Positions 18,293-25,710 of a stretch of DNA of 51,081 nucleotides are shown here, in pieces. Position 1 is the first letter of the stretch. Every line of letters begins with the position of its first letter. The stretch covers positions 1 to 51,081 of the forward strand of contig JAUYMJ010000011.1 in assembly GCA_030698775.1 (NCBI GenBank), in the 5' to 3' direction. This DNA comes from a bacterium. GTDB taxonomy: Bacteria; Patescibacteriota; Microgenomatia; Levybacterales; UBA12049. Below the pieces are notes generated by a model that saw nothing but the letters and a program-made list of their open reading frames with translations, searched no databases and had not been told where the DNA came from. The translations under genes were made by a program, and so were the position numbers.

Positions 18293-19286
18293 ACCGGGTA
18301 TTTTTTTGCCAATCTAAGGTCTGACGAAGGCCATTGATAAGTGATGTGCTAGGCTTCCATCCGAGTGTCGTCCGGATAGTTTGTATACGTGCGTACCAGT
18401 CATCCTTATGATCCCACGAACGGCTCGCGAATGTACTAAATTCAGGGTTTGTCTTAAGTGATGCTATCTTTCTTACAAGGTATGCCAATTCTTTAATGGT
18501 TGTTTTTACCCCGGTACCTACATTCAATGTTTTTCCGTAGAATTTTGTGTCGAGTGATGTTGCCCCGAGGATGAATGCTGATAGTACATCATTGACAAAG
18601 ATAAAGTCCCTGGATATTTCAGGCGACACAAGTGGAGGATATTTTTTTTGGAGTGCGTTTCTTAAGAGAACAGGAATTAGCCTGTCAGGTTCTTCAAATG
18701 GTCCGTACACCGAATAAAGCCTGAGGTGGAGAATAGGAAGATTTTCTATTTGTCCCAGATATTGAGCAAGAAACGACATCGCAACTTTTGAAACGGCATA
18801 ATGGCTATTTGGGTACAGTCTTGCTGTTTCCAGTGGTCCCGCCGAATTTTGTCCGTATTCCGAGCTTGAACCTGCCTGAAGGTATGCAGAAAACCCTTGT
18901 TTTTTAAGAAGAGAAAGAATCGTAACGGCAGCTGTGAGATTTGTTACATATATTTTTTTTGTATCGTTTTGTTTTTCATACGACCCATACGCCGCGAGAT
19001 TAAAAACTGTTTGCGGTTTTAGAGACCGGATTATGTGTTCTACTTGCCGAGGTTTTGTTATGTCGCATTGAACGAGATTTTTTTTTGAGATTCCTGCAAT
19101 GAGTAATCTTCGATTTTTTTCAGGGTCTTTTGAGACACCAAAGACATCATTTCTTTTGAGAAGTAAGGATTGCAGCAAATTAATCCCGATAAATCCCCCT
19201 GCACCAAAAATGAGAATAGGGCCTTTCATGAGAGCTATTTTTGATGTCATTGATGTCGGGAGTCCATGATAGCTTTTTCTCTTCAT
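18285..19286 (-). CDS. NAD-dependent sugar epimerase/dehydratase (extended SDR)
   Basis: Rossmann motif IFGAGGFIGINL and catalytic YAVSK (YxxxK). It has an ATGA overlap with the transketolase C subunit. Confidence 0.85.
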   Translation of the reverse strand: MKRKSYHGLPTSMTSKIALMKGPILIFGAGGFIGINLLQSLLLKRNDVFGVSKDPEKNRRLLIAGISKKNLVQCDITKPRQVEHIIRSLKPQTVFNLAAYGSYEKQNDTKKIYVTNLTAAVTILSLLKKQGFSAYLQAGSSSEYGQNSAGPLETARLYPNSHYAVSKVAMSFLAQYLGQIENLPILHLRLYSVYGPFEEPDRLIPVLLRNALQKKYPPLVSPEISRDFIFVNDVLSAFILGATSLDTKFYGKTLNVGTGVKTTIKELAYLVRKIASLKTNPEFSTFASRSWDHKDDWYARIQTIRTTLGWKPSTSLINGLRQTLDWQKNTRYA

Positions 19287-20197
19287 AGCATGCGTGTGAT
19301 TTGTCGGGAAATTCCTTTGACGTCAAGATGATTCTCTTTTAAATGGAATGTATGGCTCCCATAAAGCCCAGAGTGATAGCCACGGGCAAATAGGTGTGAA
19401 AATGTATTGATATTCATTTTTTTTTTCATAAGTTTGGCGAGGATTTTTTCTCCCAATCCCCCTGAAAAACCATGCTCTTCTATTATCAATAATTTTTTCG
19501 TAGAACGCAGTGAATTGAGAAGGGGAGTCGAGAGTGTAAAAGGAATCTCTGTCACGCACCAGAGATCGACTGCGTTTGTTTGTCTCAAACTTTCCAATCC
19601 CTTCAAAACATTATGGACAAGGTAGCCAAGGACGATGACCGTAAGCTTCTTTCCTTCCCGAATTTTTCGAAGCTTACCATAGCGGAATTTTTTTATTCCG
19701 CTTGTTTGCAGAAGATTTAAGCGCGCATAAGAAGGTGTTTTGCTTAATGACATTATTTTTACAATACTTGGAATATCCTCTTTAAATGCAGGTGCAAAAA
19801 TTTTTATGTTAGGTAGGGCAGAGAAAATCGCTACGTCTTCAAGGGCATGATGTGTTTCTCCCATAATTCCATAGCCGTATCCCCCGCCGTTTCCCAGGAA
19901 TTTGACAGGAAGATTCGGGTGACAGATGTTATTTCTTACCTGCTCAAATGCTTTGAGCGTTAAGAACGGAGCGATGCTGTAAACCCACGGATGTAGACCC
20001 ATTCTCGCCATACCCGCGGCAACGTCAATCATATTTTGTTCCGCAACCCCCGCATTGATGAAACGTTTCCCAAGTATCTCACGTAAATGTTCAAACGCAT
20101 TGAAGCCCAGGTCTCCGGTTAAAAAAACTAACCGTTTATCCCGTTTCGCGAGGAGAATGATTTCCGTAACGATTTCAGTTCTCATATCTGGCGTCAA
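19283..20197 (-). CDS. transketolase, C-terminal (pyrimidine-binding) subunit
   Basis: FINAGVAEQNMIDVAAGMA and GETHHALEDVAIF motifs typical of the Pyr/C-terminal half of a split transketolase. Confidence 0.85.
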   Translation of the reverse strand: MTPDMRTEIVTEIILLAKRDKRLVFLTGDLGFNAFEHLREILGKRFINAGVAEQNMIDVAAGMARMGLHPWVYSIAPFLTLKAFEQVRNNICHPNLPVKFLGNGGGYGYGIMGETHHALEDVAIFSALPNIKIFAPAFKEDIPSIVKIMSLSKTPSYARLNLLQTSGIKKFRYGKLRKIREGKKLTVIVLGYLVHNVLKGLESLRQTNAVDLWCVTEIPFTLSTPLLNSLRSTKKLLIIEEHGFSGGLGEKILAKLMKKKMNINTFSHLFARGYHSGLYGSHTFHLKENHLDVKGISRQITRML

Positions 20198-21047
20198 TCT
20201 CTTTCATTGCTTTTTTATACAGCTCGTCGGTAAGGCGATGGTAATGCCACTCAAGTTTATTCTCCATAAATGAAACCCCAAATCCTTTAATCGTGTCACA
20301 GATGATGACTTTCGGCTTCATTGTGTTTCGGGAGCGAATTGTGTCGAATGTTTTTTGAAGCTCCTCTGGTTTGTGGCCGTTACAGGAATACGTTTCGAAT
20401 CCGAACGACTTCCATTTCTCAACTGATGCAGAATCCCCTAATACATCAGATGTTCTACCGAAGGCTTGCAGCTTATTTTTATCAATCAGGACGATGAGGT
20501 TTCCGAGTTGTCTCTTAGTGGCATATTGTGCCGCCTCCCACACCTGTCCTTCATTACACTCACCATCAGAAATCAGGCAATATACCCTTGCCGCTTTTTT
20601 GTTTTTTGGGGTTAACAGCCTCATAGACTCTGCGATACCGCAGGAGAGAGACAATCCGTGTCCCAGGCTTCCTGAATGGAACGGAATCGACCGATCGAGA
20701 TTTTGTGGGGGATGAGCCGGAAGCGTTGTCCCATCTTTATGAAACGAATAGAGTGTTGCCCGGCTCATTTTTCCCATAAAATAAAGAATGACGTATAATG
20801 AAGGTACAGCATGCCCTTTTGAAAGGATAAATTTGTCCGCTTTCCCCATCTCGGAAAAAAAGAGCACAGTGAGAATATCCAGGCAGGAGAGTGAGCTTCC
20901 AATATGTTCAGAATTTGCTTTATAAAGAAGCGTCAATAATTCTTTGTAAAGTTTTGCCCGGAATGCTGCCGAAATCAATCCTGGATAGTTGTGATTTTTT
21001 ATTGATTCGTTTGCGTTGTTGTAAGAGTTGTTGTTTTTCCTCTGCAT
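20175..21047 (-). CDS. transketolase, N-terminal (TPP-binding) subunit
   Basis: LSKGHAVPSLY, GSLGHGLS and SDGECNEGQVWEAA motifs. Confidence 0.85.
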   Translation of the reverse strand: MQRKNNNSYNNANESIKNHNYPGLISAAFRAKLYKELLTLLYKANSEHIGSSLSCLDILTVLFFSEMGKADKFILSKGHAVPSLYVILYFMGKMSRATLYSFHKDGTTLPAHPPQNLDRSIPFHSGSLGHGLSLSCGIAESMRLLTPKNKKAARVYCLISDGECNEGQVWEAAQYATKRQLGNLIVLIDKNKLQAFGRTSDVLGDSASVEKWKSFGFETYSCNGHKPEELQKTFDTIRSRNTMKPKVIICDTIKGFGVSFMENKLEWHYHRLTDELYKKAMKEIDARYEN

Positions 21048-21156
21048 ACGGCGAGATCAGAGAAATACTACTCTACGCGTTATGCTTTTGCAATAAACAG
21101 AATTGTTTGTCAAAATAAATCGTGTTATAAAGGGTGGATCAGCATTGCCCTTATTA

Positions 21157-23646
21157 ATGAAACAGTTTATAAACTTTTTGAAGGACCGGAAATCAGCGCA
21201 ACTTGTCACAATTTGCATTATAGTTCTCCTTTCTCTTTCCCAGTTGCCGAAGCTGTATTTTTCCTATGAAGATTATCACCTATTTTATATTTTGCAGTTT
21301 CCGAATGAAGCCAGAACCATGCTGCAAATACCTGAATATGCCCGGCACCTTAATTATTTTTATGTAATCGGTCCATTGTTCAGGTTATTTGGATACAGCA
21401 CACTTGGTTATTATCTTGTAGCAATTTTTTTTACTTGTCTTACCGCTGTTCTCTACTATTTTTTTGTTCTCTTGCTTACAAAAAAACGTTTTCTCGCGTT
21501 TATTGCTTCATCAATTCTTGCTACATCGTATATCGGAATAGAATCGTACACATGGAACACTGTCAATGGCATTGAGTTTGCTTTATCATCGGTTCTTTCA
21601 ATACTTATATTAGTATGTGTTATCTACTTTATTCAGACAAAAAAAAGTCTGTACTTTTTTATTTCTTTACTCCTTTATCCAATACTTTTATATTTTTTTA
21701 AAGCAAAAGCGTTAAATCTCCCGTTTGTTATCACGCTTATGCTTTTTATGTTTTCAAAATTTTCAAAGAAGTCCGCGATATTTCTTGCTGCGCCGTTTTT
21801 GTTTATCACAGGTTTTTTCTTTCTTGGGACGGTCTCAAGCGGGATAAGCAAGATGCATATCGGGATAGAGAGTAACAGTGTCATTCTTCATTTCCTGGGG
21901 ACTGTCGGTAACCTTTTTTTTCCATCGACAGTCACTGAGAGAATATTTTTAGCTCTTAAAGATTCACCCTTGTTGAAACCAATTTTAACATCCCTCACGC
22001 TGGACGGTGTGTTTGCTGCTATAGGAATAGTATGTGTCGTGCTGTTTTTACAGTTAGTATTTTTTCTGAAAAAAAAAGAACGGTTGATATTTTTTGTTTC
22101 ACTATTTTGTATTCTCCAAATTATTTTTTACATTCTCCTCGTTTTTTCAGCAGCAATAACCGAGTCAGGACTTTCGATTACGACCCTTCAGAGTGTCCAT
22201 CATAATCTTTCGGGAATCGTATTTTGGTCTACCCTACTTCTCGCAATAGGGTTACATACGCTCTGCATGAGCAAACGTACGTGGAAGAAAAAGGTTGGCA
22301 TTGTTCTCTTTGTGGTGTATATTCTCGGTGGGATTTTTCTCTCCCTTTTTGAAATTAACCGAATCTACCAAAGCAAGAGGCAGCTGGAATATTTTTATTC
22401 CCATCTTCTTTCTTTGGTTCCGCGAATAACAGAGCCCTCAGTTTTCTATGTGTTGTATAGCTATCCGAGGCCGTACTATCCTTTTAGTTCCGGTAATCCG
22501 AAAATTCAAGCAAGTTGTTATTTGGCTGGATTTTACCATACTCGCTGCTCAAATATATTTATTGCACAAACATTTGACCAGGCTATGCAGCTACTTCATG
22601 AGAACAAGATTCCTAAAAACCGTTTCTATTATCTCTACTTTGAAACAGACAGTCTTATTGATCTCACAAAGAGCACAATGAAGGTTTTGGGTGCGCCAAA
22701 GGAAACACCGATCAATCTTGACAGCGGGGAGAACGTAGGACTGAAAGATATTCCTGCATTCATGCCATTTTTTCTTGAATTCGATATGACGTCAGTACCT
22801 GATCTACGTACCATCCCTATCAAGAGCGATAAAAAGGAATTGTCCCCCTACTACGACCTTTTAATCGGTAACTACGAAGACGCGAAACAGTATTCCGCAA
22901 CCTCTGTTCCGAGTGAATCAGCTGATGAATTCACCAAACCGGGCAATGTGTTTGATGGAAATTACAAGACAATCTGGCAGCCTAGGGGTTGGACGAGAGA
23001 CGGAGTATCGATCACGCTTGATCTCGGTAAACAGAAAGATATATCACATATTGTATGGTCATCTGCCCGAATAAGTCCTTGGAAGATGCGTTCGCCTACG
23101 GAATACACGTTCCATCTCTCGGAAGATAATATGACGTGGGAGAAGGTCGTTGACGGACACCGCACTGCACCCTTGGGTACCGATGAGTATGTCGTACATA
23201 AGATTGCAGTAACAACTGCCAGATATGTCAAGATGACAATAACGAAGACCTATCTGAATTACCAGCCGGCAGTTGATGAGATAGAAGTGTTCGGAAGTGA
23301 TATCCCGGGTTTTGATTACGCGAACTATTATCTTGTCAAATCGGAACCGCTCCAACATATCCCGTCAGAAGAGCTTCTTGAGAAGCTCTTTCGCGATGTG
23401 TACAGCGACAGTATTTTTATGAACGTACAGTGGAAGATCGATAAGTCAATTATATGGACAGACGAGAGGAAAAAGAGATTTGCCGTTACTAATTTTGATT
23501 ATCCTACTCATTACAGCATCCCGATTCCGCCATCGGGGCGAATGCTTACCGCTCTTAAAGTCAGTCCTGACAATTTTCCGCTCCAGTTTTCTATCAGTAA
23601 CCCCAAAATCCGCTTGGTGACTTGGGAAGATGTGTTGGAGGAGTAG
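21157..23646 (+). CDS. polytopic membrane protein with extracytoplasmic F5/8 type C (discoidin) domain
   Basis: About 450 aa of hydrophobic segments, then FDGNYKTIWQPRGW...ITLDLGKQKDISHIVWSS...YTFHLSEDNMTWEKV...ARYVKMTITKT...VDEIEVFG. The start is uncertain: ATG 21157, TTG 21145, or the ORF-track TTG 21103. Confidence 0.75.
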   Translation: MKQFINFLKDRKSAQLVTICIIVLLSLSQLPKLYFSYEDYHLFYILQFPNEARTMLQIPEYARHLNYFYVIGPLFRLFGYSTLGYYLVAIFFTCLTAVLYYFFVLLLTKKRFLAFIASSILATSYIGIESYTWNTVNGIEFALSSVLSILILVCVIYFIQTKKSLYFFISLLLYPILLYFFKAKALNLPFVITLMLFMFSKFSKKSAIFLAAPFLFITGFFFLGTVSSGISKMHIGIESNSVILHFLGTVGNLFFPSTVTERIFLALKDSPLLKPILTSLTLDGVFAAIGIVCVVLFLQLVFFLKKKERLIFFVSLFCILQIIFYILLVFSAAITESGLSITTLQSVHHNLSGIVFWSTLLLAIGLHTLCMSKRTWKKKVGIVLFVVYILGGIFLSLFEINRIYQSKRQLEYFYSHLLSLVPRITEPSVFYVLYSYPRPYYPFSSGNPKIQASCYLAGFYHTRCSNIFIAQTFDQAMQLLHENKIPKNRFYYLYFETDSLIDLTKSTMKVLGAPKETPINLDSGENVGLKDIPAFMPFFLEFDMTSVPDLRTIPIKSDKKELSPYYDLLIGNYEDAKQYSATSVPSESADEFTKPGNVFDGNYKTIWQPRGWTRDGVSITLDLGKQKDISHIVWSSARISPWKMRSPTEYTFHLSEDNMTWEKVVDGHRTAPLGTDEYVVHKIAVTTARYVKMTITKTYLNYQPAVDEIEVFGSDIPGFDYANYYLVKSEPLQHIPSEELLEKLFRDVYSDSIFMNVQWKIDKSIIWTDERKKRFAVTNFDYPTHYSIPIPPSGRMLTALKVSPDNFPLQFSISNPKIRLVTWEDVLEE

Positions 23647-23656
23647 TCGCAGCGTT

Positions 23657-23674
23657 TGATAATATAGCCTCAAT
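23657..23674 (+). promoter_or_regulatory. copy 3 of recurrent motif: extended -10 (TGaTAATAT) fused to AGCCTCAAT, a candidate promoter for GIY-YIG/tRNA-Glu
   Basis: TG at 23657-23658, TAATAT at 23660-23665 and TAGCCTCAAT at 23665-23674. Confidence 0.4.
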
Positions 23675-23764
23675 CCTTTCTCCCTCGATTGTGTCCAGCT
23701 TCAGTTTAAGGTAAAATAAGACAGGAATTCTGAATTCATACTTCTGAATTCTTAATTCTGATCC

Positions 23765-23831
23765 GGCCCCATCGTCCCCGATGATCGATGTCATCGGGAT
23801 CCCGATGGAAGCTACCATCGGGGCTAGTGGT
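23765..23831 (+). repeat. partial duplicate of the tRNA-Glu 5' end interrupted by twin 8-bp hairpins
   Basis: GGCCCCATCGTC (23765-23776) equals tRNA nt 1-12, and TAGTGGT (23825-23831) equals tRNA nt 13-19. Between them lie CCCGATGA-N6-TCATCGGG (23777-23798) and CCCGATGG-N6-CCATCGGG (23801-23822). Confidence 0.7.
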
Positions 23832-23844
23832 ATTAGGAGGCAAA

Positions 23845-24099
23845 ATGTTTATTACGTATATACTGCAAAGCGAAAAGAATGGCAGTTATTATATAGGAAG
23901 TACGCAAGATCTCGAAGAGAGAATTAAAAAACACAATACTGGTCAGTCTAAATATACAAAAAAACTAAAGCCTTGGATTTTAGTCTACACAGAGAAGTAT
24001 GGCACTCTTTCAGAGGCAAGAAGAAGAGAAATGTATTTAAAATCGCTAAAGAGTAAGGTTGCGATTGAAAAGCTATTAATCAATGGCCCCATCGTCTAG
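23845..24099 (+). CDS. small GIY-YIG nuclease family protein
   Basis: YILQSEKNGSYYIGSTQDLEERIKKHN (GIY...YIG with downstream R/E). SD AGGAGG at 23835-23840. The ATG at 23845 replaces the ORF-track start at 23788. The last 15 nt and the stop lie inside tRNA-Glu. Confidence 0.85.
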   Translation: MFITYILQSEKNGSYYIGSTQDLEERIKKHNTGQSKYTKKLKPWILVYTEKYGTLSEARRREMYLKSLKSKVAIEKLLINGPIV

Positions 24100-24158
24100 T
24101 GGTCCAGGACGTCGGGTTCTCATCCCGAAAATCGCGGGTTCGACTCCCGCTGGGGTCA
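24085..24158 (+). tRNA. tRNA-Glu: tRNA-Glu (anticodon CUC), no encoded CCA
   Basis: The hand-folded cloverleaf has acceptor GGCCCCA/TGGGGTC, D stem GTC/GAC, anticodon stem TCGGG/CCCGA with loop TTCTCAT, and T arm GCGGG-TTCGACT-CCCGC. Confidence 0.9.
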
Positions 24159-24245
24159 CCGAAGGGGACTATCCCTTTATCGCATTCACGAATAGCTTGA
24201 TAACACAGGCTAATCTCGAGTTTTACAACTTAAACAGTTCAATTT

Positions 24246-24260
24246 TTAATTAGCCTCAAT
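24246..24260 (+). repeat. copy 4 of recurrent motif (TTAATT + AGCCTCAAT)
   Basis: TAGCCTCAAT at 24251-24260. It points into the 3' end of the minus-strand ORF 24299..24895. Confidence 0.45.
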
Positions 24261-24298
24261 TCTGCATAACCCGACGAGGACTTCGAACCACCTAAAGA

Positions 24299-24895
24299 TT
24301 AAAGATAATCTTCGTTTATTGGATGTTCAGTATTGTTAATGACAAACTGCAGATCGGAAGCGAGAGCTTGTAAAATGGTTGCCTTATGATGAGTGTCTAT
24401 GACAGGAGTTGTTGATACAGGAACATCTAATCCAGTTTGATCAAGTTCTCCTTCATCAAACTCGACTGAATTACTTCCGTAAAATAAGCTGAAGGAATTG
24501 AGAGTTTTTACATCAGCACCATATATTTCTTTTTTACAGATAAAGCTGGAGGTATCTAGTTTTGGATCAGTGTAATGCTCGGTTTGTTCAGTCTGTGTCG
24601 CAATTCGTATAGTATCAGCAGGAGTTCGTGTGGCAACAATTCTTCCTCGAACTACTGTTTCTATCTGTGGTAACGATGGATCTCTGTCATCAGATTCTAC
24701 AAGCTTGGGAGAAATATCTGTTAATAATTTCGGTCTTTCTGGTTGAATGCTGTCAAAGGTTGGCTGCAATGCTTTATAGGCTCTGACAAAATCTCGTTGA
24801 GCTTGGTCATATTCAGTCTTCACTCTTTTACGCTCTGCAGATCTTGGTCCAACTTTAGAAATAACGCTAGCTAATGCTTCATGAAGTCCTGACAT
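24299..24895 (-). CDS. hypothetical protein (orphan, no recognisable domain)
   Basis: 198-aa ORF. It appears soluble and is rich in T/D/E/Q. No competing ORF of 60 aa or more is listed at this position on either strand. Confidence 0.55.
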   Translation of the reverse strand: MSGLHEALASVISKVGPRSAERKRVKTEYDQAQRDFVRAYKALQPTFDSIQPERPKLLTDISPKLVESDDRDPSLPQIETVVRGRIVATRTPADTIRIATQTEQTEHYTDPKLDTSSFICKKEIYGADVKTLNSFSLFYGSNSVEFDEGELDQTGLDVPVSTTPVIDTHHKATILQALASDLQFVINNTEHPINEDYL

Positions 24896-25140
24896 TATAC
24901 GTGGATTATATCACTTAGCCTGCCAGGTAAGCGTGTTTCGAGTTAACTCACTTACAGTTTAAATAGCTAGGCCTGACTATAATATTGAAAATAGTACTTG
25001 TTTGAAAATTTAATTCTCTTCAATTTCTTGATAAGCTTTTCTCAGATTTTCTAGCCATGCTAAACTTGGTTCAAATAGTGATGCCTTCGGGTCACATATG
25101 GAAGCCACGGTCAGCTTCAACATTCAGGTTGCGACGAATA

Positions 25141-25169
25141 TTGACAAAATTTTAATTAAAACTTACAAT
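25141..25169 (+). promoter_or_regulatory. sigma70-like promoter for the GYD gene (TTGACA-N17-TACAAT)
   Basis: TTGACA at 25141-25146 and TACAAT at 25164-25169, followed by SD GAGGAG and the ATG at 25188. Confidence 0.55.
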
Positions 25170-25187
25170 TCATCCGAGGAGAAAATA

Positions 25188-25529
25188 ATGTCGCTCTATT
25201 TATCGAAATTCAGCTACACGTCGGAAACTTGGGCCAGGCTGATTGGCAAGCCAGAGGATCGTCGGAAGGCCGCTCAATCGTATATCAAATCAGTTGGTGG
25301 AAAGCTCCACGGGTTTTGGTACGCCTTCGGTGAGCACGACGGATACACGCTTTGGGAGGCCCCCGACAACGTGTCCATGGCCGCGGTTGCGCTGGCGATT
25401 AGTGGAGGTGGTGCGCTCAGCTCGTTTGAAACGACAGTCCTCCTGACCGTAGATGAAACGATGGATGCCCTGCGCAAAGCCAAACGAGTTAAGTACCAAG
25501 CCCCCGGTGCATCCTCAAAAAAACGATAA
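25188..25529 (+). CDS. GYD domain protein
   Basis: SKFSYTSETWARLI...GGKLHGFWYAFGEHDGYTLWEAPDN...ALAISGGGA, containing the GYD-type motif. The start was moved to the SD-preceded ATG at 25188. The gene is visibly GC-richer than its flanks. Confidence 0.75.
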   Translation: MSLYLSKFSYTSETWARLIGKPEDRRKAAQSYIKSVGGKLHGFWYAFGEHDGYTLWEAPDNVSMAAVALAISGGGALSSFETTVLLTVDETMDALRKAKRVKYQAPGASSKKR

Positions 25530-25710
25530 GCCCTCAACTATATCATCACAAGTGACGAAGCTTCTTGCACCATTCAGCAGGCGATTCATCAGCTCATTGC
25601 TTCCTCTTATATATTGCCATTAGGTCAATAATCTAATCTAAAAGCTGTTCAAATAAACTCTCCATAGGGTCCACTTAGGATCAAGTTTACCCTCTTGCTT
25701 CCTTTATTTA

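Noticed and set aside
19078-19426. Homopolymer tracts as phase-variation switches. These include T9 at 19078-19086 and T10 at 19417-19426 in the epimerase and transketolase genes, T9 at about 2250, A9 at 22069-22077, and several 8-mers.
   Set aside because: All of them encode Lys runs (KK/KKK) in an AT-rich genome, and A/T tracts of this length are expected from codon bias. Without read-level length variation there is no evidence of switching.
23529-23824. The 10-mer CCATCGGGGC occurs at 23530-23539 (inside the 847-aa CDS) and again at 23815-23824 (hairpin 2).
   Set aside because: One copy is in coding sequence (PPSGR) and the other is part of the hairpin. I cannot distinguish a real relationship from chance without a genome-wide search.
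24262-24300. tRNA-like T-arm fragment on the minus strand (GGTGGTTCGAAGTCCTC), possibly an att-site remnant next to tRNA-Glu.
   Set aside because: The stem does not pair properly (position 61 is T and there is no 5-bp stem). No acceptor or anticodon arm can be folded, and no integrase is nearby. It is probably a chance GTTCGAA match.
23647-25710. Integrative mobile element or prophage fragment at the tRNA.
   Set aside because: I recognise no integrase, transposase, recombinase or phage structural gene. Only the small GIY-YIG gene and the short duplications are present, so I report the junction structure without calling a mobile element.
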